Shown here piece after piece: positions 23,559-36,100 of a stretch of DNA of 64,000 bases. The notes under the pieces were generated by a model. It did not search any database and was not told where the DNA came from. It saw nothing but the letters and a program-made list of their open reading frames with translations. A program made the translations under genes and the position numbers. Positions within the stretch are counted from its first letter, which is position 1. Each line of letters begins with the position of its first letter. The DNA is from Flectonema sp. DT1601 (Eukaryota), in the NCBI GenBank assembly GCA_964019425.1, contig OZ025784.1, positions 868,001 to 932,000 on the forward strand. Reading direction: 5' to 3'.

Positions 23559-24281
23559 CATAGATGGAAGTGCCCTCCAAATTTGGAGGGCGCCTGGTGA
23601 AAATCAGCCACAAAAATTTGTAGGGCCAAAATAGGGCGCGTAGGGCGCTTTTTTAATTAAATTTAATATAATGCCGAGCTCATTTTGACACACCCCTGCC
23701 CTCAGCGAGGGTCGAATCGCATCTTATTTGACTTTTCTCCGGTTCGCCCGATCAAATGCGTCTCTGGGATATCAGTTTACTTGCCACCAGTAAACTCCTT
23801 TTTTTTTTTCTCACAAGGTACCGTGAAGACCGGCCTATTAACAGGTTAGCAAGAACGCACTCTCCCTCCTCGAATCCCTCTATATTCGACTCGGTGCATT
23901 CTGCGGGCTAATCAGCTCCTTGTAGATCTGGGATGCGTCGTCCACTGAAATGAGTTACAGCTTCAGGGATTGCAGCAGGCTCCGGAAGCTCTCAAGGAGT
24001 GGCCCATTGTTTTTGCCATTGTTGACCGCCGAACCTTCATGACCTGGAGGTCTCGGGTTCGAACCCCGTGACACCCTTTTTTCTCTTTTTCGAAAGACTG
24101 CCAAGCATGTCAAATTTTTTTTTTTGGCTTCTGCGTCAAAATACTTGTGCGTCAGTGTAAGTCCCCGTCAATTTAGCTGTCTTATAGTAATAAAAAAGGT
24201 AAAAAAAATCGCCCTCCGAAATAATATTTATATTAAAAGCGCCCTACACGCCCTCCAAATTGTAGGGCACTTCCATCTATG
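23559..24281. mobile_element. Non-autonomous DNA transposon (MITE), 723 bp
   Basis: Perfect 18-bp TIR catagatggaagtgccct (extends imperfectly to ~33 bp), subterminal agggcg repeats and flanking aaacaa duplication. A related empty site lies at ~24680-24705. Confidence 0.88.
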
Positions 24282-24926
24282 AAACAAAACAAATTATTTT
24301 CTTTTTTTTTTTGCATCCCGACGAAGGCGAAGGTCGGAGAAGAAATCATTCACATTAAGCTGTTTATTTTTTATTTCGTCTTATCTTGCAACAGGCAGTT
24401 GGGTTTTTTGGGTAGTCATTTTTGTTTTTAGGCTATTCAACACCTCTTTATCGTCTGTGAGAGTCTCCACGGTTGGTTGGTAGCAATATAACTGTTACCC
24501 TCCCCTGTTGGAGTTTCGTAAATAAAATAAATAAATAAAAAAATCTGTTTCCCTTTTGCGCTCCAGTAATACTCTGTTTGTGATCAACGATATATATTTA
24601 ACGCTGTTGTCGTCTGAGTAGTTCTCTTTTTTTCTCCTGAATTTATAGTAATATATCGAATGGCTTTGTTTGTCTGATTAATTTGTTACAAAACAAACAA
24701 ATCCAATCGTCCCTCCGGCTCCCGCAGCATCTTCCATTTTTCTTTTAGAAAACAATTTCTTTCGCATTCTAAAAATGTTCTCAGAAAACTTGAGAGGAAG
24801 AACAAAGTTTTCTTATTTTTATTTTCTCCAAAGAGTATATTATGTTATATTACGTAGTCTTAGATGAAATGACTTGTGATGACCAAATAAAATTCTGTCC
24901 TTCAGGTCAACTAAAAAGTAATTCCT

Positions 24927-25362
24927 TGGTCCGGCGCAGTTATGACTTCAAACTGACTGTCATCTTACCTGATCCTTTTGGTTTTCATTTCTTGCTGAGT
25001 GATATGGCTATGTGCTGCCCAAATCTTTGTGGTACATTTCTAAAGCTTTTCGGTAAGCCCACAGTACACTTATAATGCTTTGGACAACTGGGGGTGAACG
25101 ATCCTCGGTACTGTTCCGGGGTTTTCTATTTTCTTTCGTGGAGTGTGGGCATGTGGCACATGTGGTCGTATTATAAGGAAAGATGTGTATGAAAGAAAGA
25201 AGATTTTTTTATTTTTTTCACCTTCCCCCCTGGAAGTGATCGACTTCCCCCGGCTGGAAGTCGATCACTTCCAGCCAATACTATGAAACTACAATCTTCG
25301 CGATTGGGTCCTTACTGATGCGGGTTACCCAGACCCCTCGTAGTCATCAGTTTGTATTTTGC
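24927..25362 (+). repeat. Composite repeat block duplicated from ~4109-4552
   Basis: Colinear similarity from ggtccggcgcagttatgac to cgtagtcatcagtttgtattttgct. Confidence 0.8.
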
Positions 25363-25827
25363 TTTAAAAAAATAAAAAATAGAACAATTAAGCGTTTTTG
25401 TTCTTCCTCCGTTCTGTTTTTGCTTATCATTATTTTATGTTTCTTTATTTTACGTTTTATCTACATCAACACTGTTTTTTATCTGTTCATTACTTTTTTT
25501 TTATTTTTCTTGAAAAGTAATACCAAATCATCAAAGCCTTCCCTTTGAAAAGGGTGATGTTGGTGATTGGTTTTTATGTGTCAGAACAGCGAGAGCCTCT
25601 TATTGTGGTGAATCCAACCCGACACTACGGTCAACTCTTTGCTTTGTTTGCAGCTAACAATAAAATTTTAGGACATGTCAAAAATCTAGTACTGTTTTGG
25701 TCAACGGTATACTGCGGGCATGTAAAAGTTAATCGAGACCCAACCCCCGTCTGAACCTATAGTCACTGTATCTCAGAACTAATGTTAAATTATCGTTATG
25801 TTGTTTATGATACAATACATTTGTATT

Positions 25828-25983
25828 TGGATGGTGGGTTTAGGTAGTCATTTGTTCCAGGTTCTCTTATCGTCTGTGAGAGTCTCACGGTTTCTGGTAG
25901 CGATATAGTTGTTACCCTAACTGTGAGCTTTTCCTGGCTTTTGGCTTCCTAGGCTTCGTAAATAAATAAATAAATAAATAAAT
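25828..25983 (+). mobile_element. Short retrocopy of the LINE 3' UTR with (TAAA)n tail
   Basis: Matches ~9061-9225. A diverged copy lies at ~24398-24540, and the host repeat appears uninterrupted at ~44220-44300. Confidence 0.85.
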
Positions 25984-27556
25984 TATACGTACAAACTCGA
26001 ACAGTTAACCCTGTCTGAAACATGCCTCAAGAAATTCAATTCCGGGGGTGGGATCTCACTTTACTCGTAATCTTTGTAAAAAGAAAATCCTGCATTTTTT
26101 GCTTGTGGCTTACAGAGAAACCCAAACATAACATATGCAGCCATATTATTATTATAAAGAAATCCATATTCTAACCATCATGGAACAGTGGAACGATTGT
26201 ACCCTTTTTTTTTTTCCTTTTTATTATTACTGTAATTATAAATATCATGGTGTATAAAAAGTCTCCAAATCTCCAAAAAATGGCAAAAAAAAGCTTCAGG
26301 CGCTACTTTCGCAGTGGTTCCACGACGGTGTGCCCAACCCTTCCGTTCCAGGAACTTGTAGGCCCATACTTCTTGTAGGGAACAAGAATCTACGCGTTCC
26401 GGTGTATCACTTGCAAGCACTATCCCTTGCTGTGCTTGAAGCCAGAGAAGCAAACACACAGCCACCATAAGCACGGATATTCTCAATTAAATCGAGCACC
26501 CTTGCTTCCTCATCAGTGGTTAAGATAGTTGGTCTCCCAGATTTCACCTGCCCTTGACCACTTCTCATAGCAGCGAGTTGGTTGCTCTTTTACCCGCTGC
26601 TCTTGCCTTATCAAATCCAGCTCCACCTTGCTTACCGACGTCTTCAGGGGTTCAAAAGGCTCCCGTTTTTTCAAAAAATTGTGCATGGTGTGATTGCCTA
26701 CAGAAAAATTTCATACTTTTTTTATACAGAAAAATTTTATACTTTTTTATAAAAATCCACCAAGTTTTTTTTCCGAGAATCCACCATCTTTTTTATATCC
26801 AAAGTTGTTATACTTTAATCTTTTTATACACCATGATATTCATAGCATATAAAAAAAAAATATAAATTTCTTTTGGAGAGGGCAAAGCTCCATTCCCGGG
26901 GTAAAACTTATACCGAAAGTGCCGCGGGTACAACAGGTTCATTTCGGCTTAAGTTTGCCTGTGAAAAGAGCTTTGCCTTGTTTTTTTGATTTTTCAGTGG
27001 ACAGCAATCTTATAATAAAATACATATTCTAACTAACAAGAACCCTTGATTGGAATTACTTGTTTAAATTTGATGTTATACACTCCCTTCTTTTTTTCTT
27101 TTTATTTTTTTTATATTTTTTTATTTCTTTCATAATTAAAAGAGTCAGATGCCTGAATTCAGATCTTTGCAATGCTCAACACTGATAAGGTTTCATTGAG
27201 AGGCTTCTTTAAAAATATGATAATAATAAAAAAACGTTTTAATTCATTCTTTGAGAAGACAATGTCTTCTACTCGTATTTGGATCGATCCGACAATACAG
27301 TTCGAATCAAGCAAGCGAAGTTACCTTCCAAGAGCACTCAAAATATACCGTAGCGCGCTGGATTGAACAAGTAACTTTGATTGACTGATAATACTGACCA
27401 CATCCGGTTTATCAAATGAATAATTTTCTATTTCCCATCCTCACTAGTTACACAGACACCCCCCTCCATGGATGATTAATCACTTTCGGTAGGACAGATT
27501 CCTATAAAGTCATTTTACAATAATTCACACTTAAACTCAACAGTTAAATATAAACC

Positions 27557-28804
27557 ATGAGAGTACTCAGTCTCTTTATATTGTTATCCTTATTGGGTGT
27601 CGGTAGTTCACAATGCACGGCTTCGACTCTGATTGTGACGGGAAGCACGACTTACGACTGCATGATGAATTTATCACCGGAAGTAACCCTCCACTGGGAT
27701 CTTGAAACGAGCGGGACTGCTGCTGTTGCGGCGACGACGACATCGGTCAACGGATGGTTTTCAGTGTCGTTTCCTGATACTTTGGGTTCGATGATCCCAG
27801 CAATCGGTGTCTCATCTTCTGGTGAGACTACTGCTGACATCTACTCGATAACTGAGAGGACAGCAGGTGGAATCACTCTGACGACGGAAACGAACATCGA
27901 CTCCCCGACGACGGAGATTGTGGACGGGATGTGCATTCTGAGATTCAACGTCGCTGATTCTTTTCTGACGGCTGCCATGCCAGTGAACTTCGCTTTCCAC
28001 TCATCTGAGATGGGATTTCCCGCGAACATCCATACTAAGGTAGGAAGTGTGGTTGTGGATTTCGTGGAACCAACTTTTGTAGTTATGCCACCGAGTGAGC
28101 CTGTAGTTAGGCCACCAGCTGCACCTCTTCCGCCACCAGCTGATGACACAATTAACTTTGAAGTAGTCGCAGAATTGAGTGATCTGGTTAGTCAGGTTGA
28201 TACGTTGGTAGCTGCCGCTTCCACATCATTAGGTGGTACTGCTCGTTGTAGTATGTTGTGTCAAGGTACTAACTGTGTTAATTGTGATGGCACTGCTGTT
28301 AATCAAAGATCTGTTTCTACACTAGTCAGAGCAAATTGGAGAGTTGTTTTGATTATTATTAATAATGAAAATGGAAGCATTACGAAAACAGCTGTCGATA
28401 ATTCTTTGAAGGATCTCTTGTCAAACAATGCGGTTATTGGATACTTCGATGGAAGTGCTGTTGTTGTTGTTGCGAATAGTATCAACCAACACCAAGACTT
28501 TGATAATGCTCACACTCAAGAGAAATTCATGATGGCAATTTGGTTATACTGGGTTCCTTTGGCAGTTATTATTAAGGTTCTTGGACCTTTTGTGTTTAAG
28601 GGAGTAGTGTTTGGGTATGCGATCCCATTAGTAATCCATATGTTAATGATGTTCACAGCAATGTGTTTAACTAGAGTGGACTATGTACATGGTAATCTTG
28701 GTGCTGCGATATTAATGATTGGTTGGGTTCAAATAGTAAGTGTTCTTTTCTTGTTAAGGCAGACAAGGAATCTCAATGCGGAAGGTACGGGGGATGGAGA
28801 TTAG
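27557..28804 (+). CDS. Single-DOMON membrane protein, mosaic paralog with degenerate b561
   Basis: The 5' part is identical to the 20623 copy, the middle (~28220-28455) matches the 747 copy, and it carries the same b561 lesions as the 20623 copy. Confidence 0.65.
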   Translation: MRVLSLFILLSLLGVGSSQCTASTLIVTGSTTYDCMMNLSPEVTLHWDLETSGTAAVAATTTSVNGWFSVSFPDTLGSMIPAIGVSSSGETTADIYSITERTAGGITLTTETNIDSPTTEIVDGMCILRFNVADSFLTAAMPVNFAFHSSEMGFPANIHTKVGSVVVDFVEPTFVVMPPSEPVVRPPAAPLPPPADDTINFEVVAELSDLVSQVDTLVAAASTSLGGTARCSMLCQGTNCVNCDGTAVNQRSVSTLVRANWRVVLIIINNENGSITKTAVDNSLKDLLSNNAVIGYFDGSAVVVVANSINQHQDFDNAHTQEKFMMAIWLYWVPLAVIIKVLGPFVFKGVVFGYAIPLVIHMLMMFTAMCLTRVDYVHGNLGAAILMIGWVQIVSVLFLLRQTRNLNAEGTGDGD

Positions 28805-30109
28805 GTAGACGATGTCGACGAGGTGCTTTTTTTTTTCGAAATTCAGTAAAATAACCTTTCCTGGGTAAAATCCCAACGACTCCATCGGAAACCCCCAAAA
28901 AAATGTGATTCTGGCTGAAAAACCTGGTTTCTCATAAATACCGACCCCCTCCCTACATTCTTAGTTACTTTATTATGCAAAGTTGCGCATTATACCCTTA
29001 GTCACTGTATCTAAAACTAATGTTAAATTATCGTTATGTTTTTATGATACAACGCGGTTGTGATTTTTACAAAATCGAACATACATCCCCCCTACGTTCT
29101 GTTTTGTATTTCAGTTGTGATATTTTCAATCGGTCAAATGGCGACTGACTATTCCTGAATGACGTTTTGTATTTTAGTTTTCTGACTACTACTCTGATAT
29201 TACATCACTCCCGAGTCACTGTAGTCTATTAGTCATTCACTTTCTTAACTAAGGAACCTTTGTAGTACTCTTTTGTTATCTAATTCACGTCGGGAATTAG
29301 TATAAACGACAGACGTTGTCGTAATTACTAATCCTCTTGTGTCAAAAGCATTGATGGAGTCGAGTCCTCACATAGTAACGGAGTGCTACGAATTATTTTT
29401 TGGCTAACTAACTTACAGGTCTTAATTTGTTGTCCTACGAACTTTTGCATTCGATTGAATTTTCCCACCCTCTCCCCTTCTTTTGACTGATAACCATTAA
29501 TACTAACTTACAGGTTTTAATCGTATACAATTAAAGCCTAAACCTACATATTCTATTACCTTAGATGTTAGGAAAACCTGCAGAAATGAACATTTTTTAT
29601 TTTTATTTATTTCTGTTGTTTTTTTTTTTTATTCTCACTTTTTCTGTACTAAAATTAATGATACTAACCAACTTACAGGTGTTGACCGCAGTGATGAGGA
29701 GGGCTTGGGTAAGGAGAATGTTCTGAAAAAGATTTTTTTGATTTTTAACCACCGAAACCTAACCATTATTTGTTTGTTGTCCAACGAACGTTTTATATTT
29801 GATTTTTTTTTTTTTTTTTTTGATTGACTGATAGCTATTAATCCTAACTTCATTTTCGATGAAGGCTGGACAAGTTGCAGATTAAGACCTGGGATTCAAA
29901 ACGCTCTAAGCGATTCCCCGCAGAGAGCTCTTTTTCCCCAATATGTTCGATACCAATTGTTGATTTTCTTATATTGCAACCGGGTTTGGCCGAACCCTAT
30001 TCTCGTTTTAGCCAGTTTCAAGTTGCTCTCCATCTAATATTAGTATCAAGATATGCACGCAGAGAGCTCTCTCCCCCCATCAAGTTATCCCTCCAGCTCT
30101 ATCCCACAG

Positions 30110-30179
30110 CCAATCGGTAGCAACGACGGGCGGTGTGTACGAATGGCAGGGACGTAATCAGTGCAAGCTGATGACTTGC
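30110..30179 (-). pseudogene. SSU rDNA fragment (3' conserved region)
   Basis: The reverse complement reads gattacgtccctgcc...gtacacaccgcccgtcgttgctaccgattgg. Confidence 0.85.
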
Positions 30180-31151
30180 TATTTCGCAGTGCTACGTGAA
30201 AACATGTTTAAACCACTACTGGAGCTCCGAAAATTCTGAATTTCTTTCTGTCGTGTTGAGTTGTTTTTGAGTTAGTTAAATATTTTTTTGATGAGTTTGG
30301 CGATTTTGCAAACTATTTTTAGTGGAATTATAATGTATGGCTATATTGTTATAATTTTTTTTTTTTGGTTTTTTTTTTTTTTTTTTTTGACGAGGGATCC
30401 ACCCCGTCAAATAAGAACCACACTCTTCTTCTCTGTCTCTTCCTCTCTCTATCTCTATCTCTCTTTTTATTCCACCTTGTTAAGCATAAACTAATCTTCC
30501 AATAAGCATGTTTTTTTTTTTTTTTTTTAGTTCGATAGCTTATAAAGCTTTAGCAAGGTGGAAAGCTGGGGTTTAGTTTTAATCTTCCAGATTGGGGTCC
30601 TCTGTTTGATGTTGTGAGTTTACCCTTTTAGAGGTACACCTAAAATATTCAGTGACAAAAAAAAAAAAAAAAAAAACTTAACTTAACTTAACTTTTTTTC
30701 ATCCTTCTCATAAAAAAAAAAACATAAATTCAAGTTACCACTAATTAGGTTGGTATCTCCGCGTTCAGTAATATCATATAGCTAGGAGTGTGTTAAAAAA
30801 TTGCAAAAAATAAAATAATCACGTTGACGTTTGGTCGGTGTGTTATATCACAAGTTTTATAGAGAAGTTGCTGCTGACCGAAAGAATTGGTGGTGGACTG
30901 CCTCTGTTAGAACTGTGAAAAAAAAAAAAAAAAAAGTAACAAAACCAACGTTAGAGTAACGATTCTTTTTCTCTTTTTTTCTTTCTCTATATATGTCCTT
31001 TTATTATTATTTGCTGACAGCAATCGGACGAAGTGGGAAAGCTTTACCGCAGCAGTCCTAATAAGATTTGGGAGTCTAATTACGTTGCTGTTGCCTCGTA
31101 GATGCTCGTTAGTCTGCTGTACAATACGCAACGTGTTGGACTCCGAGAAAG

Positions 31152-31202
31152 CTGGTTGATCCTGCCAGTTGTCATTTTTTTTTTCAAAGGATTAAGCTAT
31201 GC
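31152..31202 (+). pseudogene. SSU rDNA 5'-end fragment
   Basis: ctggttgatcctgccagt...caaaggattaagctatgc. Confidence 0.75.
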
Positions 31203-31656
31203 TGAGAAGGGGCCAAAGTGACAAGGGACCAAAGTCGAAGTCTGTTAGTCAGCTGGCCTTGGTTGGCTGGCTAAGAGGACCGATATTATTTTTTCTGGAT
31301 TTGATGTAGAACGGTATTGTCCCTTACTTTCTTCGCTGAAGCGGGTTGAAGAGGGGAATGGGTCTGAAGAAAAAAACATTTTTTCTTAGTTTTTAGTCAT
31401 CATAAGAAACACCTCAAACAATTATTTTGTTTGTTTTTTCCTCCGATTTTAATTTTTTTTTCTTTTTTAAATTACTCGCTATTATTTATATTTTATGGTT
31501 CTATCAAATTAAACCATACTACGACAACAATCCATCCGAAATCTTTGGATATGGCTACAGATTGGGTCCTCTGTTACTGTGAGTTACCCTCCTAGAGCAC
31601 TCATAATATACAGTAACGTTGGATTATATAACTAATTAACTTACGACAATGCAACG

Positions 31657-31782
31657 GGCTGGGTAAGGGGAATGGTCCGAAGAAAGATTGTTTTTAATCT
31701 TAGCCCGAAACCAACTTGTTTGTTGTCCTACGAAAATTTTACTTTTTTTTGATTGACTGATAATTATTAAAACTAACTAACG
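31657..31782 (+). repeat. 5'-truncated family B hammerhead module (further degenerate copies at ~29690-29790, ~31318-31380, ~31904-31990)
   Basis: gggctgggtaaggggaatggtccgaagaaag...agcccgaaacc...gtcctacg, lacking CTGAAGA. Confidence 0.8.
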
Positions 31783-32384
31783 ACGATGCAACGACATGGG
31801 ATGCAACCAAACCGGATGGTATTTCCGTTTGTCCATCCCGCGTTGACCAACATTTCACAGATCAGGTATCGTTCTCTCTTTACTTTCTTCTCGGCTGTGG
31901 ATATGGTCCGAAGAAAAGATTTTCTTTTTTTTTTTTAAAATTCTTATCCACCAAGCAATAAAATTATTATTTGTTTGTTTTCCTTACGATTTTTTTTTAA
32001 TTTAAATTTTTTCCCCCCCCCCTTTTTTTTTCATAATTAAATCTAAAATATTATTGCTAGCTAATGTCTTCTTGAAATCCGGAAATCTGGGGGAAAATTG
32101 TTTTCAAGTAAAATGACTATTTTCATTCTTTCTACAATTTCATATCATCACGCGACTGCGAAAAAAAGCAAAAACGTTTTGTGTGTGTTCTTAAAAGGGT
32201 TTTCTGATTTCTGACTAGTAGCGCCAAGCAATGCAAGTGATTCTTTAACCCCCTTATTATACTTCACCCCCCTCAGGAATTACACAAGATCAATTTTCTT
32301 TTTTAATATGCGGGGTGTGTTATATCTGTGTGTTGGTGACAAGGGTTGGGAGAGAACCGAAAAAAAAAACGTTTTATTAGGGGG

Positions 32385-32421
<37 letters not shown>

Positions 32422-32425
<4 letters not shown>

Positions 32426-32907
32426 GATTGGAAGAGATACCGTCAGCACCTTCCTTACCGCATCAGGATAACGGTGGTGGTGGTGATGGTAGTGGTGGAG
32501 AGACGGATTGGCAATTTGGTCTTTTTGATTGCCTGCAAGACCTTCCCATGAGCATCGACGTAATCTGTTGTATGCCTTGTGCTATGGCTAGACAATACGA
32601 AGCTGCGGTCAATTTCAGACCCCAGACGAGTAATATTCCGTTGTGTTGTGGGTTGGTCTGCATTCAAGCAAAACTCGACAATGTTCCATGTTGTTTAGGT
32701 TGGTATTTATTCTCGTGGTATCTCCGTGATTCTATCAGAAAGAATGGAAATATAACAGGCAACTGGTGGACTGACGGGCTAGCAGCCTGTTGCTGTCAAC
32801 CTTGTACTATATGTCAACAGCAAAAAGAACTTATTTATAGAGGTGTGGATCCAGGGTTTACGGTTCTGCAACATTCTTCTCTCCAACCAGGCTATTCAGA
32901 GTGTTAG
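32422..32907 (+). CDS. PLAC8/Cys-rich family protein
   Basis: WQFGLFDCLQD...CCMPC...R..IR...I.G....D....CCCQPCTICQ. ATG chosen after the poly-A run. Confidence 0.9.
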
Positions 32908-33086
32908 GTTGTCGTTTTTCTTTTCGCTACGTGTCCAATACAATTAGTAGGAACCTTATCAGTCTTTTACACATGTGAGCATAACATATAGACACGTATT
33001 GAAGTCAACGAACTGAAAGAGAAAATAAATTCAAATTTAGATTTTATTCTTCATACTTTATATAATCTGTTTTCTTAATCAGAAGT

Positions 33087-33118
<32 letters not shown>

Positions 33119-33168
33119 GATTTCTCAAAATTATTTTTTCTTACACAGACATCAACTTGTAAGAAAAA

Positions 33169-36100
33169 ATGATGTCGAATTTAACTAACGGATGTGATGA
33201 AATCAGACAACAAGTTGGAGTTATCTCTCATCAATTCGATCAACCAAATGGCGTATTGCGGACGGCTCCTATTCAGGATGGTGGTGTCGTATTCGATCAC
33301 AGTAGTAGTCAAATGGAATCACCTGTTCCGGTTTTGGGTAACTTTAATAATCCAGTGTCGTTCTCTCCGGTAGTCCAACAACAAAAGAAACAAATAAAAA
33401 ATTTATTACGAAATTTTCAAAAAGAACTCTTTGAAGAATGCAAAGACCGTAATAACATTGTATTCGCTCCGACTGGAAGCGGAAAGACATGGGTAGCTGC
33501 GGCAGTAGCCCAACACGTTCTTGAAAGGGGAACATCAATTTACAAACACATAGTTCCAGCTGAAAAGAGAAGTAGGAACTGCGTGATTAAAAAAAAACCA
33601 TTCGTGGTGTTTCTTGCTACGAGGATTCCTCTGATTGAACAGCAAGCCGACCTGTTTCGTGAAGTTTTCAGAAATGTAAACCAGACTTTAAAAGTTCACA
33701 AATACAGCAGTGAACACAGAGATAGCTTAACTGATGGTCGTTGGGATTTTATATACGAAAACTACGACATCTCTTTTATGATTGATACGATCTTTCTCAG
33801 GCTATTGGATGAAAAATTAGCCTACCTAACCGACGTTGATCTAATCATCTTCGATGAATGTCATCATGCTACTGGAAATCACTCTTTCAACAGAATTTTA
33901 GAATTGTATAAAAAAGATCTCAAAGAGTCACCTGAAACAGTCAAAAGTCAGTTGTTGGGACTAACAGCGAGCCCAGGAGCTGATGTTTCTTTTGAAGAAA
34001 CTAGAAAACGAACTCAGAAATTAATGCAAGCAATGCATAGTTCTATTACATTAGTTAGGAATAACCTCGATGAGCTATCGACATATACGAAACCAGCAGT
34101 ACAACGGATTGAACAATACCAACATAGTGGACCCGAAGCAGCAGTTTTAAATATGTTGAATAACGTGTTGGGTTATGTAGAGAGAGAGATTGATCAATAT
34201 CGAAAACGATCACAAAATGCAGATACACCTCACAAGCTTCAAATTCAAAAATTTCCTCCACAGGTGTCTCAGGGTACGAAACATAGAACTTCACCAGACT
34301 ACAAGACTTTTTGTTTACAACAGTCAAGCACGGCTTCTAATGCCTCTCGAACTGGTTTGAGTGGAGTCTTTCATCTCTGTCATATTATTAGTGAGATGAT
34401 GACGTACACTACTGAAGTTGGATTTTCAGACGCATGTGACTACCTCCGAACTGAACGTGGTCTGTACTCTGATCAAATGTCATCAAAGCAACTGACTGAT
34501 GAAGACATAATGCTTTATAACATCACTCAAACATACAGTAATCTCATTGAGAAGGAACTTCATATGCAGGAAGAGCATTATGGTCGTGAAGATACCCAAA
34601 ATTGTACCAAATTAAATCAACTATTCGCATCCTTACGAGAAACATACGGAGTTCATGAGTTACATGGAACCTGGTTTAATGAACAGTTGAATATTATGGT
34701 TAAATTTGAGATTGCGACTAGTCGATCAGTAGTTGCTTCAGGGGCGTTTTCTCCCACGCTTAACGCGTGTGATGAGGAGCTATTAATAGTGCCAGCGTAT
34801 GATGATTCAGTCCATGGGATGATTCTTGATGACTCACAGAATCAAAAACATCAAATTGCTTTTTTAAAAGCCCATCACAGAACCGCACCTGGAACGAATT
34901 CAAGTTCAAAAATAATCGCATCGGGAAACCTTTACACCAGTGGAACGAATTTTTCACCAGTTCCGTCTCTGAGTTTGGTGGTGTCGGGACAGGAAATTTA
35001 TTTTAAAAAAATAATTAATCAGACTGTAAACCGAACTGGATCGTTCAAAGCTATCGTGTTTACACAAACAAAAAGAGGCGTATCGAGGATTTGCAAGGTT
35101 ATTAAAAATTCCAGATCACTGAGTATGCTGTTTACTCCAAGAGGTTTCGTTGGCCACGGCAGCAGTGGTGAAGAACGAGGAATGTCACTGAAACAACAAA
35201 ACAATGTTATGGTCGATTTTAAAGACGGGAATTTCAACTTAATGGTGGCAACCAATGTGGCTGAAGAAGGGATCGATGTCCCTATATGTAATTGTGTGAT
35301 CAGATACGACACGCAGTTTTCTGTCATATCGCTGATTCAGAGTAGGGGTAGAGCTCGATCAAAACACAGTATTTTTATAGTGATCGTGGGTGAGGATGAA
35401 ATCGGTCGATACCAAGCTCTCGAACAACAAGAACGATACCAACTAAACGCTGTTGAGGTATTGGCTAATCTTCAAACTCTTGATGTTAGTTCTGACGATG
35501 CATCCGACAGCGACAGGGATACCGATACCGACGCTTTCTATAAATTACAAGCTGTCAAACGAGTCTCCAGATACTGTAAACTGCAGGGAGGTGATCTACC
35601 TGATTTTGTCTTCTCAAAAAGCGAGTGTAGATTGGTTATTCCAATCCCTAACCAACCCCCATTGGAAAAAGTTGTTCGTGTAGACGGTACAAAACACCAT
35701 CATCAAAGAAAAGCCAAACGCGAGGTTTCAATTCTCGCATGTCAAGCCCTCGCTGAGATGGGTCTCATGACTGGAACTGATGTACTAGAAGAAATCATCC
35801 CTGACGAGACCATAGAACTTATTCTCGGGTTGGTCATTACTACACGAAAAGATCGAAAATCAAACGAACGAGTTGTTAAAAAATTCATTCCATCAGAATG
35901 GCCTAATGGAATTGTACCACACAATTACGTTCTTGAAAAAGCAAAAAAACGAGGACGAGCACCTCCCAGAGTCATTCGCAAGGAAGTTTCTAATGAGAAA
36001 TTGACCGTGGAGGTCAGATTCTATGAGGACACATGGAGGTTAACTGAACAACTCCCTCAAGATGGAAGTGGTGTTGACGATCGGTTAGATATGTTGCTGC

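Noticed and set aside
24033..24077. Functional tRNA-Met gene
   Set aside because: Only anticodon and T-arm-like parts are visible; no D-arm or acceptor stem.
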